Source of the DNA: a virus
Length of the DNA stretch: 64,000 bases
Virus record (IMG/VR): IMGVR_UViG_3300028874_000010
Location: 1 to 64,000 of that record
Reading direction: 5' to 3' (one strand)
Position numbers and translations under genes: made by a program
Shown: positions 1-8,480 of the stretch, piece by piece
Layout of the letters: every line of letters starts with the position of its first letter
How positions within the stretch are numbered: position 1 is the first letter of the stretch
The notes under the pieces: generated by a model
What the model was told of the DNA's origin: nothing
Database searches by the model: none
Seen by the model: the letters and a program-made list of their open reading frames with translations, nothing else

Positions 1-966
1 CATAATATCCAGTTTACTAGTCATTGATAGATGTTGCTGCATATCAAAAACCCGTTGATCTAAAGTATCAACAATTCGATCATCTGGATAGATCATTGGC
101 GGCGACGAATTCCTGATCCTAGGCAAAACCATTGGTCTATATGCCGCATCCGGGCTTCCGATACTTTTAATTTGATGTACAGTCAATGGTTTCTTTTCTG
201 GCAATTCTGGTTCAAATAATATAGCCGGTGGACTAGTATCAATCGCGATTGCAATTTCTTCTTTGGCATATGAATCCATTAGCCTTTTATATGAGGCTGG
301 CATATCTTCAAGTGTTCGTAGTGAAACATCTTCAACTACGACTTTCCATTTTGGAAATTTTTTAACTAGACGCGGTCGATGATTAGTCAATGAATGAATC
401 ATCTGGGAATTGGAGAATTTTCCCGATATAGTTAATTGTTTGTTTTCATAGTCATACCAAAATTCATCAGACACTACTAAACTATGGCCGTCAAAATGAA
501 CTTTACAAATACCAAAATCAAAATCCGTCTCAACAAATTCTGACGGGTTTGCTTCAATAAACATCAGATTGTAGAGTTCACCATTATATTTCAAATCATA
601 AATCAAAGTGATAAATGATTGGAGCAATGAATGTTGTCCATTAGGCTCTTGGTGAATATACGTTGGATCAACTTTAGTATATTTTACAGAAGCTCCAGCT
701 TTAATAGCTTTGAAATCTTGTTTGAGGATAATATAATCTCGATTCTCCGGAGGTTTATCACCTGCTACAACTTCAACTCCATATAACGCAGCAATCTTAT
801 TAATATCTGCACCTTCATCATCACGGATATAAATGTCGATATCTTTAACTAAGTTATCACAAATGATATCACGGAGAGCACCACCAGCAATAATAGCAGA
901 TGGATATAAAGTTTGCAATTCAGACAGAAACTTCTTCCATGGTGTTGGAATGATTGAATGATCCAT
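1..966 (-). CDS. class II (CCA/poly(A) polymerase-type) nucleotidyltransferase, 3' end runs off the window
   Basis: Not in ORF track. Hand translation from ATG at 966: MDHSIIPTPWKKFLSELQTLYPSAIIAGGALRDIICDNLVKDIDIYIR...ETDFDFGICKVHFDG, giving GGxxRD/DxD motifs and an RDFT-like motif. Confidence 0.75.
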   Translation of the reverse strand, partial: MDHSIIPTPWKKFLSELQTLYPSAIIAGGALRDIICDNLVKDIDIYIRDDEGADINKIAALYGVEVVAGDKPPENRDYIILKQDFKAIKAGASVKYTKVDPTYIHQEPNGQHSLLQSFITLIYDLKYNGELYNLMFIEANPSEFVETDFDFGICKVHFDGHSLVVSDEFWYDYENKQLTISGKFSNSQMIHSLTNHRPRLVKKFPKWKVVVEDVSLRTLEDMPASYKRLMDSYAKEEIAIAIDTSPPAILFEPELPEKKPLTVHQIKSIGSPDAAYRPMVLPRIRNSSPPMIYPDDRIVDTLDQRVFDMQQHLSMTSKLDIM

Positions 967-999
967 ATTTTCTTTTTTGTATTGGTATTACTAGAAATA

Positions 1000-1386
1000 T
1001 TATTCTGATACTTCTTTTTTATAAATCAGGCTTGTTGAAGTGTACACTTCATTTTCTTTTGGAGGTCTAGTGATTTGTCCACTCCGGTTATATCGAATAA
1101 TACCATCATATACATATTTAGTGCTAACACCATCCGCTGGATTTTTAATCATGATAAAAGCATGAATAGGTTTATCATCAAACACTCCTAGTAATTGTTC
1201 CGACTTGCTTTCGATCTTTAGCGCAACAATTTGATTGAGAATTTTTTGTTGGTCTGGAACCCTAATAGGAATCATGATTGGAAAACACAGTAATACTAAA
1301 ATGATTGCAGTGAGAATCGCATAAACGAGCCCAGCATTAATGAAAATCAGTGCCAGTAAAGCACCAATAAATAAATCGAAAGCCAT
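1000..1386 (-). CDS. hypothetical membrane protein
   Basis: Hydrophobic N-terminal 40 aa. Confidence 0.6.
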   Translation of the reverse strand: MAFDLFIGALLALIFINAGLVYAILTAIILVLLCFPIMIPIRVPDQQKILNQIVALKIESKSEQLLGVFDDKPIHAFIMIKNPADGVSTKYVYDGIIRYNRSGQITRPPKENEVYTSTSLIYKKEVSE

Positions 1387-1414
1387 GTGATGTTCTTATA
1401 AAAGGAAATTTAAA

Positions 1415-1597
1415 ATGGAAGAAGTTAAAGAAATAAAGCCAACTGAATGGGAAAATATGTCATTTGATCAATTGATGGCCCAGAAAACAATCATGTTGGA
1501 TAGATATGAATTTTTAATTCGGCGAGGCTATGAACAACAATCTAAATTTTTGATAGAGGGAATCACTAAATTAGACTCCCTCCTATTTGGTACTTAA
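1415..1597 (+). CDS. hypothetical protein
   Basis: AAGGA SD upstream; fills intergenic gap. Confidence 0.55.
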   Translation: MEEVKEIKPTEWENMSFDQLMAQKTIMLDRYEFLIRRGYEQQSKFLIEGITKLDSLLFGT

Positions 1598-2328
1598 TTA
1601 GTAGCTTCAACAATCGTAGGCTGATCTTCCGGAGTTCCTTCGGAAGTAACAACTTTACCTTTGGTCTTTTTTTTGGTAACTGGTTTTACCTTTGGTTCTG
1701 GTAATTCTGGAATTACCACTTCCGCATCTTCGAGATCCTCATCAAGGTCTTCTTCATCGACCCACGGATCACGAATCTCATCGCAAATACCGTACTTCAA
1801 ACAATCTTCTGGTGTTAACCAAGTATCTGAGGGCCGAAGTAAAATAGTACGAATCTGTTTTTCAGTCATCTTAGTATGACGCAAGAAATGCTGAATGAAT
1901 TGCTTTTCCAAAGTATCATGGAATTTACGAGCCGCAATTAGTTCATGATGTTTTCCTGCTAACACTGATGAAAATTGATGTGTCATCACAGCAGTTCTAG
2001 GAGTCATAATTCGTAAGCCTTTTGTCCCGGCCACGAAAATAGAAACTGCCATTGAAGCAATACATCCCATAGCTACAGTCGAAATATTGACTCGACTTGC
2101 TTCCATAACATCAATGATCGCCCATCCATCTGTCACTGAACCACCGCCAGAATTAATAAACATGGTTAGAGTATCATCTGGGTCACAAATCAAATTAGCC
2201 TTTAAAAGATAATCACAACACCGTAATGCAGATTCTTCACATATTTCTTCAAAGAGCATGTACGCACCAAGGTTAGTCAGTGATACATTGTCAAGTAGAA
2301 TAAGTTCTTGTGGACTTGGTTGAGTCAT
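1594..2328 (-). CDS. clpP: ClpP-family ATP-dependent protease proteolytic subunit
   Basis: INSGGGSV, IASMA (Ser), MTHQ (His), SDTWLTPEDC (Asp); acidic then basic C-terminal tail. Confidence 0.9.
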   Translation of the reverse strand: MTQPSPQELILLDNVSLTNLGAYMLFEEICEESALRCCDYLLKANLICDPDDTLTMFINSGGGSVTDGWAIIDVMEASRVNISTVAMGCIASMAVSIFVAGTKGLRIMTPRTAVMTHQFSSVLAGKHHELIAARKFHDTLEKQFIQHFLRHTKMTEKQIRTILLRPSDTWLTPEDCLKYGICDEIRDPWVDEEDLDEDLEDAEVVIPELPEPKVKPVTKKKTKGKVVTSEGTPEDQPTIVEATN

Positions 2329-2492
2329 CTATGCTTCCTTTATTATTATTTTTATATTCTTTACTACCAAATAAAACATACATACCAAATGCATATCTTA
2401 TTAGTATTTACATTTTAAAATAAACTCAAAGAATTTGATACAAATATTTCCGTTGACTCATTATACAACAAACCGCATTTCCAAACTCTAGA

Positions 2493-3050
2493 TTATTTTT
2501 CTAAATAATCTTTAAGATATACTCTTTCAAATCTGTATCCGGGTTCTACCGCAACCATGAACAATGTTTTTGTATATTCGCCAGTCTGAAATTTCAATCT
2601 TATTTCACCTAGAGGTCCATCTTCCTGAGATAATGAAAATGGATTGCCTGCCATATCAGCATTCAATCTATCGGTTTGCTTCTTAAGAATCTTATGAGCC
2701 TCATCCATTAATTGCTTCTTGCAATCATTCTTAATGCTCTTTGAATAAGCACCACCAATCTTAATAGATGGATACACCGAACTCTTATTCCCAAATCTTC
2801 CAACATTCGTTTCTTTATCAGTAAATTCGACGTTATCAAAATATTTTGAATCAGAAAGATCATCAAAATCAGAAATATCTGCTGGAGAAAATGTATTGAC
2901 TATCTTAACCCAAGATTTTTCTAACTCGGATCGAATTTTCTTTGCAACGTCAACATGCTCATTTTGCTCGTAATCAAAGAAACGGAGAGTATGCTTAGCT
3001 CTTGCTGCTTCCGTTAAAACATAAGACTTAAAGGTTGGTTTCATATTCAT
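2493..3050 (-). CDS. hypothetical protein, possible capsid-internal protein
   Basis: N-terminal MKPTFKSYVLTE resembles T4 capsid-targeting peptide; late-promoter-like GATAAATA at 3066-3073. Confidence 0.55.
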   Translation of the reverse strand: MNMKPTFKSYVLTEAARAKHTLRFFDYEQNEHVDVAKKIRSELEKSWVKIVNTFSPADISDFDDLSDSKYFDNVEFTDKETNVGRFGNKSSVYPSIKIGGAYSKSIKNDCKKQLMDEAHKILKKQTDRLNADMAGNPFSLSQEDGPLGEIRLKFQTGEYTKTLFMVAVEPGYRFERVYLKDYLEK

Positions 3051-3133
3051 GTGCTATTTTTATTATATTTATCGCACAAACCACAAACCCGCGCGTTGGT
3101 TAAGCAGCTATTTTGTAAATATTTTCATGTTTT

Positions 3134-3141
3134 TATAAATA
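3134..3141 (+). promoter_or_regulatory. T4-type late promoter TATAAATA
   Basis: Exact motif 20 nt upstream of the GIY-YIG ORF; same motif on minus strand at 5849-5856, 12341-12348, 44982-44989. Confidence 0.65.
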
Positions 3142-3161
3142 GAAGAAAAACATGATTACAT

Positions 3162-3863
3162 ATGAAAGCTCTTCCATACGTTTACAAATTAGTACATAAA
3201 GAAACAGGCGAATTCTACATAGGTTTTAGATGTGCAAACAAAGTACCAGCAAATGAGGATTTGGGAATTAAATATTTTACTTCTTCAAAATTGGTTAAGA
3301 AAACATTTGAAAATTTTGAATGTTTTGTTTTAGGAGAATTTGAAGATAAAGATGCCGCATATACTTTTGAACAAAATCTTATCAAGGAGTGTTTTTCTAA
3401 TCCATTAATCCTAAACAAACATTGGCAAGATACTAAAACATATTCTATGCTAGGATTTAAGAGGCCAGATCTTGGAAAATTAAATTCTGAAATAAAAAGA
3501 AAACCAAAAGAATATAGAAATTATGATTGTGCTCAATGTGCTACGCCTTTGTCAAAATTAGAATTTATTCATCATAAGCCAAAGGAGCATTATTATTGCA
3601 ATGCTAAATGCCGAAATGAATTTAATAGAGGCCCATCAAAAAAAGGAATTAAGCTTCCGCATTTGTGGGGTAGGGCAGCTTGGAATAAAGGTTTGACTAA
3701 TCCAACTGCAGCAGAAAACGCAAGGAGAGGCGCAGAAAAACAACGCGAATTGGTAACCGGAAGAAAGAGACATTATATTTCAGAGACCGAATGGACCTGG
3801 AAATGTCAAGACAAAGATGGATGGTACATACGCCAAAACGGGGAACAAGTCCCCGTTTTGTGA
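3162..3863 (+). CDS. free-standing GIY-YIG homing endonuclease (Seg-like)
   Basis: PYVY...FYIG, YFTSS, conserved E and LN; C-terminal Cys cluster and AWNKG NUMOD-type motif; opposite strand to neighbours. Confidence 0.85.
   Translation: MKALPYVYKLVHKETGEFYIGFRCANKVPANEDLGIKYFTSSKLVKKTFENFECFVLGEFEDKDAAYTFEQNLIKECFSNPLILNKHWQDTKTYSMLGFKRPDLGKLNSEIKRKPKEYRNYDCAQCATPLSKLEFIHHKPKEHYYCNAKCRNEFNRGPSKKGIKLPHLWGRAAWNKGLTNPTAAENARRGAEKQRELVTGRKRHYISETEWTWKCQDKDGWYIRQNGEQVPVL
3834..3860 (-). terminator. intrinsic terminator downstream of tmRNA, overlapping the 3' end of the GIY-YIG ORF
   Basis: CAAAACGGGG-N7-CCCCGTTTTG, perfect 10-bp inverted repeat. Confidence 0.65.
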
Positions 3864-4210
3864 TCATTCTGTTTCTTGGCTGATCAGCCTCATGGGGATC
3901 ATGCCGCTAGGCGAGTCTCACCAAAGTAAGCATCATTTGCATTTGCTTTGTTTGCTTCATTTACGTCGATCGCCTGACGTGTTGTCTGCATCAATACTAA
4001 TCACCCAATCAAAACCTTGGCGAGCCCATCAGAAGAACCCAAACTCATATCGGTCGTTAGCTTGGTTTATTGCAATACCCGATCCATCTTAGCAAGACTT
4101 ACGTTATTGCACCAGTGAATATTCTAGAAATACTCACCTTAGGTTCTTCTGGTGGACTCGATGGGACTCGAACCCATGTCTTGAGCACCTTTCTATCAGC
4201 TTCATACAAC
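3861..4210 (-). ncRNA. ssrA: tmRNA, circularly permuted (two-piece) gene: acceptor piece ~4210-4150, intervening segment 4149-4028, coding piece 4027-~3861
   Basis: GAC-ATGGG-TTCGAGT-CCCAT-CGAGTCC-ACCA ends at 4150. GGGCTCG starting at 4027 pairs with it, including G3.U70. Tag frame 3940-3899 reads ANDAYFGETRLAA*. Confidence 0.92.
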
Positions 4211-4305
4211 AATAATAATGTTGACAGATTCTAATCGCGTATCTGTCTTGATTCACAAAGATATCGCGATTTAAGCTCTTTGTGAATCGCACTGCCAACA
4301 AATGA

Positions 4306-4334
4306 ATTATACACAGCCCTGAGGAAATGTATAC
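4306..4334 (-). promoter_or_regulatory. early/sigma70-type promoter for tmRNA
   Basis: GTATAC-N17-TATAAT; cf. GTTTAC-N17/18-TATAAT-like at 9206-9235, 52037-52065, 58692-58721. Confidence 0.65.
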
Positions 4335-4415
4335 TTAATCTCCAAAAAATTCCAGTTTGAATTTGGAGCCTTTCTTAGTTTCAGGCAACAAATCTTTAAT
4401 TTTCATAATGTTTCT

Positions 4416-5099
4416 TTATTTATCGTACAAAGGCATTTTTACATCAATTAATTCTAGATCGATGTGTTCAATCTTTAGTTCTGCTATTTTATCATGGTTG
4501 ACTATCCCATCAAAGAATAGTACGCCTCTATAAAAATCGACTGGTGCTGCACCATGGCGTATTTCTATTTCATTTAAGGCGAAAGCAGAATTCCCAACAT
4601 CATACTTATAATTTTGTGTATTTTGGTGGATTAATGGCAACCCATTATTTCCTGGTATTTCGGTTAGCGGTAACTTAAAACCAAGATATTTATTCTGTTT
4701 GTGGATCTCTGGAAACTCATCACCATAATCGACATGTAAAGGAAGAGTTGTACCAGGAATCTGGAGTAAAATAAACATCCTAGTGAATTTATCAAAAACT
4801 TTCAATAATGGTTCAGCAATAGGTTTGATGATTTCTACTATCGGATCATCTTTCCATGTCCAATTAAAATTTGGATCCATCCGTTTAGTGAATGTTCGAT
4901 TTGTTTTTTTATCTACTATTTCACGGAGATGTTTAGTTAGCCAAAAATGCCCAAACTCTTCACCGTTATAGCCCCATCCAACAGGTTTAATTTTGCCAGT
5001 GTTAAGCTGATCTTTCATATGTTGAATAATCAGCTTTTGTTGTTCATTAGTAATGGTGATGTTTGGAATAGAAAATCCAAATTCTTTTGATAATTGCAT
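4416..5099 (-). CDS. putative 2OG-Fe(II)/cupin oxygenase (aspartyl beta-hydroxylase-like)
   Basis: PGTTLPLHVD ... IRHGA ... R: HxD...H facial triad. Confidence 0.6.
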   Translation of the reverse strand: MQLSKEFGFSIPNITITNEQQKLIIQHMKDQLNTGKIKPVGWGYNGEEFGHFWLTKHLREIVDKKTNRTFTKRMDPNFNWTWKDDPIVEIIKPIAEPLLKVFDKFTRMFILLQIPGTTLPLHVDYGDEFPEIHKQNKYLGFKLPLTEIPGNNGLPLIHQNTQNYKYDVGNSAFALNEIEIRHGAAPVDFYRGVLFFDGIVNHDKIAELKIEHIDLELIDVKMPLYDK

Positions 5100-5100
5100 A

Positions 5101-5325
5101 TTACATATTCGCTAGTGCCTTGATTGCTTCTTCTAGTTTTGCAAATCGTTTACCACCTTTATAAACAACATTAAGCCCAGTATCAAGGTATGCTTTCATT
5201 GCTTGACCTTTTATTTCTATTTCAGTACCAGATTCAGCGCCGAGAATAGAGACTATCATATTAATGATTTGGCCTTCGGTAAATCCGTATTTTTTAAAAA
5301 CTGCTAGACATTCTTCTCGGGTCAT
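5101..5325 (-). CDS. hypothetical protein
   Basis: Translationally coupled ORF. Confidence 0.6.
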   Translation of the reverse strand: MTREECLAVFKKYGFTEGQIINMIVSILGAESGTEIEIKGQAMKAYLDTGLNVVYKGGKRFAKLEEAIKALANM

Positions 5326-5816
5326 GCCGAATGTCCAGTATAATCTTTGTAGTATTTCAGGAATTTTCTCCTATCGAAGTGTTCACTACCAGTATCTCTG
5401 TCAATATCCTGGACGTCAGGGAGCGTGTAGGTATTGTCATTAGTATCAACAATAGCCAAACCCTTAGAGAGCCCTATCGCTTTGTTATGGAGTTTTAGGT
5501 TTTTGACCTGAGCTGTTTCATCTGGCGAATCTTCTGGAGCACTCGGATTATCAATAGTGATTGTATCTTTAGGCTGAGGAAGATTATATTTTCGTTTGAT
5601 TATTCCTAGAGCTGTAAAGAGTTTTGACGTTTTATTGTATTCAACTTTAACACTATTGATTTCTTCAATATCTTGGAAATAGACAATTGGATTTTGTCCA
5701 TGGTCTACGTCGATATAAACAGCAGGTTCAACTTTATAGTTAGTATAAGAATCAACTGTAAATTCTTGGCCTTCTGTTGTGGTGATCTTGTCACCTTTAA
5801 TCGGAACAACTAACAT
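5322..5816 (-). CDS. hypothetical protein (late promoter upstream)
   Basis: ORF with TATAAATA at 5849-5856. Confidence 0.65.
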   Translation of the reverse strand: MLVVPIKGDKITTTEGQEFTVDSYTNYKVEPAVYIDVDHGQNPIVYFQDIEEINSVKVEYNKTSKLFTALGIIKRKYNLPQPKDTITIDNPSAPEDSPDETAQVKNLKLHNKAIGLSKGLAIVDTNDNTYTLPDVQDIDRDTGSEHFDRRKFLKYYKDYTGHSA

Positions 5817-5871
5817 GTTTCTGTGTATCCTATGGTATCATTTAACGATATTTATATCGGATAGCAGAAAC

Positions 5872-5904
5872 AAAAAAGGCTCCTAAGTTTTCTTAGGAGC
5901 CTTT
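5872..5904 (-). terminator. intrinsic terminator
   Basis: AAAGGCTCCTAAG-aaaa-CTTAGGAGCCTTTTTT. Confidence 0.85.
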
Positions 5905-5911
5905 ACAATTA

Positions 5912-6130
5912 GTGAGGAGGATAATCTTCATTAAAGAAGAGTCATTTAAACGAAAGTTCACATAAACAACTAAACATCTGAACAAAATGATATAAGAGCG
6001 GGACAGTTCAACATGCTTTGGCTAGCATAAACAATGCCTGATTCGTTAAGCGCTCTGACAAAATCATCCAGTTATTTTTAGGAAGTCGAATTAAATGTGC
6101 TTATCTAAAAATCCAACTATCTTCCTCGAT
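5912..6130 (-). ncRNA. candidate structured ncRNA 3' of the helical protein gene
   Basis: Closing helix 6127-6116/5925-5914 (11/12 bp); internal helices TTTTTAG/CTAAAAA, AGAGCG/CGCTCT, ATGCT/AGCAT, TCTTC/GAAGA; followed by terminator. Confidence 0.55.
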
Positions 6131-6135
6131 AAACT

Positions 6136-6726
6136 TTATACTACTATATTCAATGTTTCTAAGTATACAAGATCATCATCGGCAACTTCAATAACCGAAG
6201 TTGAATTTATCACTGATGATTCATCCGCAATACGAAGAAGTTCTTTCTTCAAAAGCTTTTGTTCACCTTTCAAGAGATCTAAAGATCTCTTTGTCAGAAT
6301 AAAATGAACAGAAACTTGATCAGTAAGGCGACCATATGCGTCAGTCGATGTTTTATCTGACGTAACAATTGATGCATGTTTCTTTCGCGCAATTTCGTAT
6401 TCGGCGTCAGTAAATTCAGGCCCAATCGCATTTTCCAATATAGTCAGCTCAGCACGAACTTGGACTTCACGATTCATTAATTGATTTAGCCCAGATTCTT
6501 GATGCAATCCTTGGATAGCTAAACGAATCGCATACCGAATTTTATTTAACTTTTTAATCTCTAGAACAGCATCCAAAATCTTTTGTTGATGAAGATGAAC
6601 ACTCTGTTCAAATCCTTCGTACATAGAAATTGCTACATTTCGTGTATTAAGGTTGCCAGTAACAATACTGACTTGGGTTTCGATTTCGCGTTCCAACCGG
6701 CGAGCTTGACGTAGAGAAAGTTTCAT
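6136..6726 (-). CDS. alpha-helical/coiled-coil hypothetical protein (possibly DIP1984/DUF6847-like)
   Basis: MKLSLRQARRLE start, heptad-rich, C-terminal INSTSVIEV; family assignment is from recall only. Confidence 0.6.
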   Translation of the reverse strand: MKLSLRQARRLEREIETQVSIVTGNLNTRNVAISMYEGFEQSVHLHQQKILDAVLEIKKLNKIRYAIRLAIQGLHQESGLNQLMNREVQVRAELTILENAIGPEFTDAEYEIARKKHASIVTSDKTSTDAYGRLTDQVSVHFILTKRSLDLLKGEQKLLKKELLRIADESSVINSTSVIEVADDDLVYLETLNIVV

Positions 6727-6825
6727 TTCAGTGTTTACCTTTTATTATAATTTTGGGCATGTGCATCTTGGAGAGAGGCATTATATCACCAATAGAATAA
6801 ATGTGTAATGCTATTGGTGATATTT

Positions 6826-7308
6826 TTATTTTAATTTTTTAATAAAGTCATCAAAATTAAACTTGCCGCTAAGGGCATATTCTTGACTTTCAAAAACTAA
6901 TTGATTGATTAATGAGCGGGAAATATACCAACAGTCATTGAATTCATCGGTGATAGTAATAGTTTGATCTTTTTCGAGGAGTTTAATATCATCAAGAATT
7001 TCTTCAGTGATAATAAACTTTCCGTCTTCACCACCAAAATCAATAGAAGCAGTTAAAGCTTCTTTATGGACTGTGCTGGTTGACATGGCAAGAATATCAG
7101 CAAACTCATCATCTACACCTTGGTCTTGATTTAATTCTCGAAGGTATTGTTTAAAATTAATCTTTTCGTGGCGTTGCTCTTGAATAGCTTCACTGATTTT
7201 TGGAGGAGCTTTAATGACTTTCTCAATCTTTGGTTTTGTTTCGAATTCTGGAAATTCACTGAATGTGTATTTTTTATTCATAATGGAACGGTGAGTGTTC
7301 CTCAGCAA
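6826..7308 (-). CDS. hypothetical protein (start probably M at 7281)
   Basis: ORF track. Confidence 0.6.
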   Translation of the reverse strand: MLRNTHRSIMNKKYTFSEFPEFETKPKIEKVIKAPPKISEAIQEQRHEKINFKQYLRELNQDQGVDDEFADILAMSTSTVHKEALTASIDFGGEDGKFIITEEILDDIKLLEKDQTITITDEFNDCWYISRSLINQLVFESQEYALSGKFNFDDFIKKLK

Positions 7309-7339
7309 GTGTAATCATATTTATTGCTAAGAAATAATA

Positions 7340-7813
7340 TCACTCTAGAACCCAGAGGGTTTTTTCAATATCTGGCCCAAGAGCATAATCAATAATTTGA
7401 CTCACTACAGACCAATCCCCATTTGCTAATCCACAACCAATAAGTGGAAAGTGAACTCCTAACTGTTTGACTTTATCTTTTAGAACCCCAGTCGCCAACC
7501 CAATGAAAGCTCGTTCTAATGCATCATAATCAACATAGACGACATTAGGATCGCGCCCATAGTCACGCTGTGTGATGGCATTGATGATGTATTTGTCTTG
7601 GCTGACCTGAGCCCATGTGTACGTTCCTAGGCGATCTGCACATCCTGCGTCGATTGGCTTTTCAAAGTCATGTCGGTATGCCGCAAAAGCTTTGGGAAAT
7701 TGTGTTTTGACCTGTTTAGCAAAACCACTACCCATAACGCCATGCGCATTACATCCATGTACAATAACCCCAGATGTAATATCCAGAAGATTCCCAACAA
7801 TTTTAGTTATCAT
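7340..7813 (-). CDS. macrodomain protein (Appr-1''-p/ADP-ribose hydrolase, T4 Tk.4-like)
   Basis: GNLL...IVHGCNAHGVMGSGFA, FPLIGCGLANGDW. Confidence 0.9.
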   Translation of the reverse strand: MITKIVGNLLDITSGVIVHGCNAHGVMGSGFAKQVKTQFPKAFAAYRHDFEKPIDAGCADRLGTYTWAQVSQDKYIINAITQRDYGRDPNVVYVDYDALERAFIGLATGVLKDKVKQLGVHFPLIGCGLANGDWSVVSQIIDYALGPDIEKTLWVLE

Positions 7814-7875
7814 GTTTCTTTATTCAAACTTATTATTTTAATAAGAGGACTTTATAAAGTCCTCTTTAAACAAGA

Positions 7876-8460
7876 TTATGCAGCCAGTTTTTCTGGCAAA
7901 CCTGTCGGAAAAGGCCAAGCAGCATTTTGCTCTGTTACTCGGGTTGGCCATGGATCATCTTCGCTGGAATTATCTAATTCTTGAAGAAATTCTTCAGCAA
8001 TGCCGTTTTGTTTATCATACTTCTTCATACGACTATATAAGGTTTGAAGAAATTTATTTTTCTTGAGTTCACCAACTTGATGGGCCCATTCAAGTGCATT
8101 GAATACTTGATCGACCAATGGTGCATCAGCATCAAGTTTAATTTGAAATGCATGTACATCCGAAAGATGATAGTTCGGATCATTAGCGAGTCGAGCTAAA
8201 GCATCGCTACTTGCGCATCGGTCTGCATGATATATGCATTCTGCTCGACCTGCGGCATAATTGAAATTATCATCTTCGCGGGTAATCGCAGCGGCAAATG
8301 AAAGTATATTTGCCGGATAATTAATTTCAAACATGAAAGAAATTCCGCCAGTGGGATTTGGTTCACTAACGAGAATACCAAGTTTGTTTTGGATCACGCT
8401 GTGGCCACGGAAATACCTGAATGTACGAATAAAGCCTTGAGCAATACTACCTAGTTGCAT
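7876..8460 (-). CDS. hypothetical protein ending in ssrA-like LAA
   Basis: C-terminus AAWPFPTGLPEKLAA; terminator-like hairpin ~7843-7866. Confidence 0.65.
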   Translation of the reverse strand: MQLGSIAQGFIRTFRYFRGHSVIQNKLGILVSEPNPTGGISFMFEINYPANILSFAAAITREDDNFNYAAGRAECIYHADRCASSDALARLANDPNYHLSDVHAFQIKLDADAPLVDQVFNALEWAHQVGELKKNKFLQTLYSRMKKYDKQNGIAEEFLQELDNSSEDDPWPTRVTEQNAAWPFPTGLPEKLAA

Positions 8461-8480
8461 ATCATCTCCGCGTGTCTAGT

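Noticed and set aside
3817-4092. Plus-strand 91-aa ORF
   Set aside because: Antisense to the tmRNA; no protein features
6095-6307. Plus-strand 70-aa ORF and many similar antisense ORFs (e.g. 19682-20188, 45260-45778, 49715-50158, 60082-60459)
   Set aside because: Shadow frames of well-supported minus-strand genes
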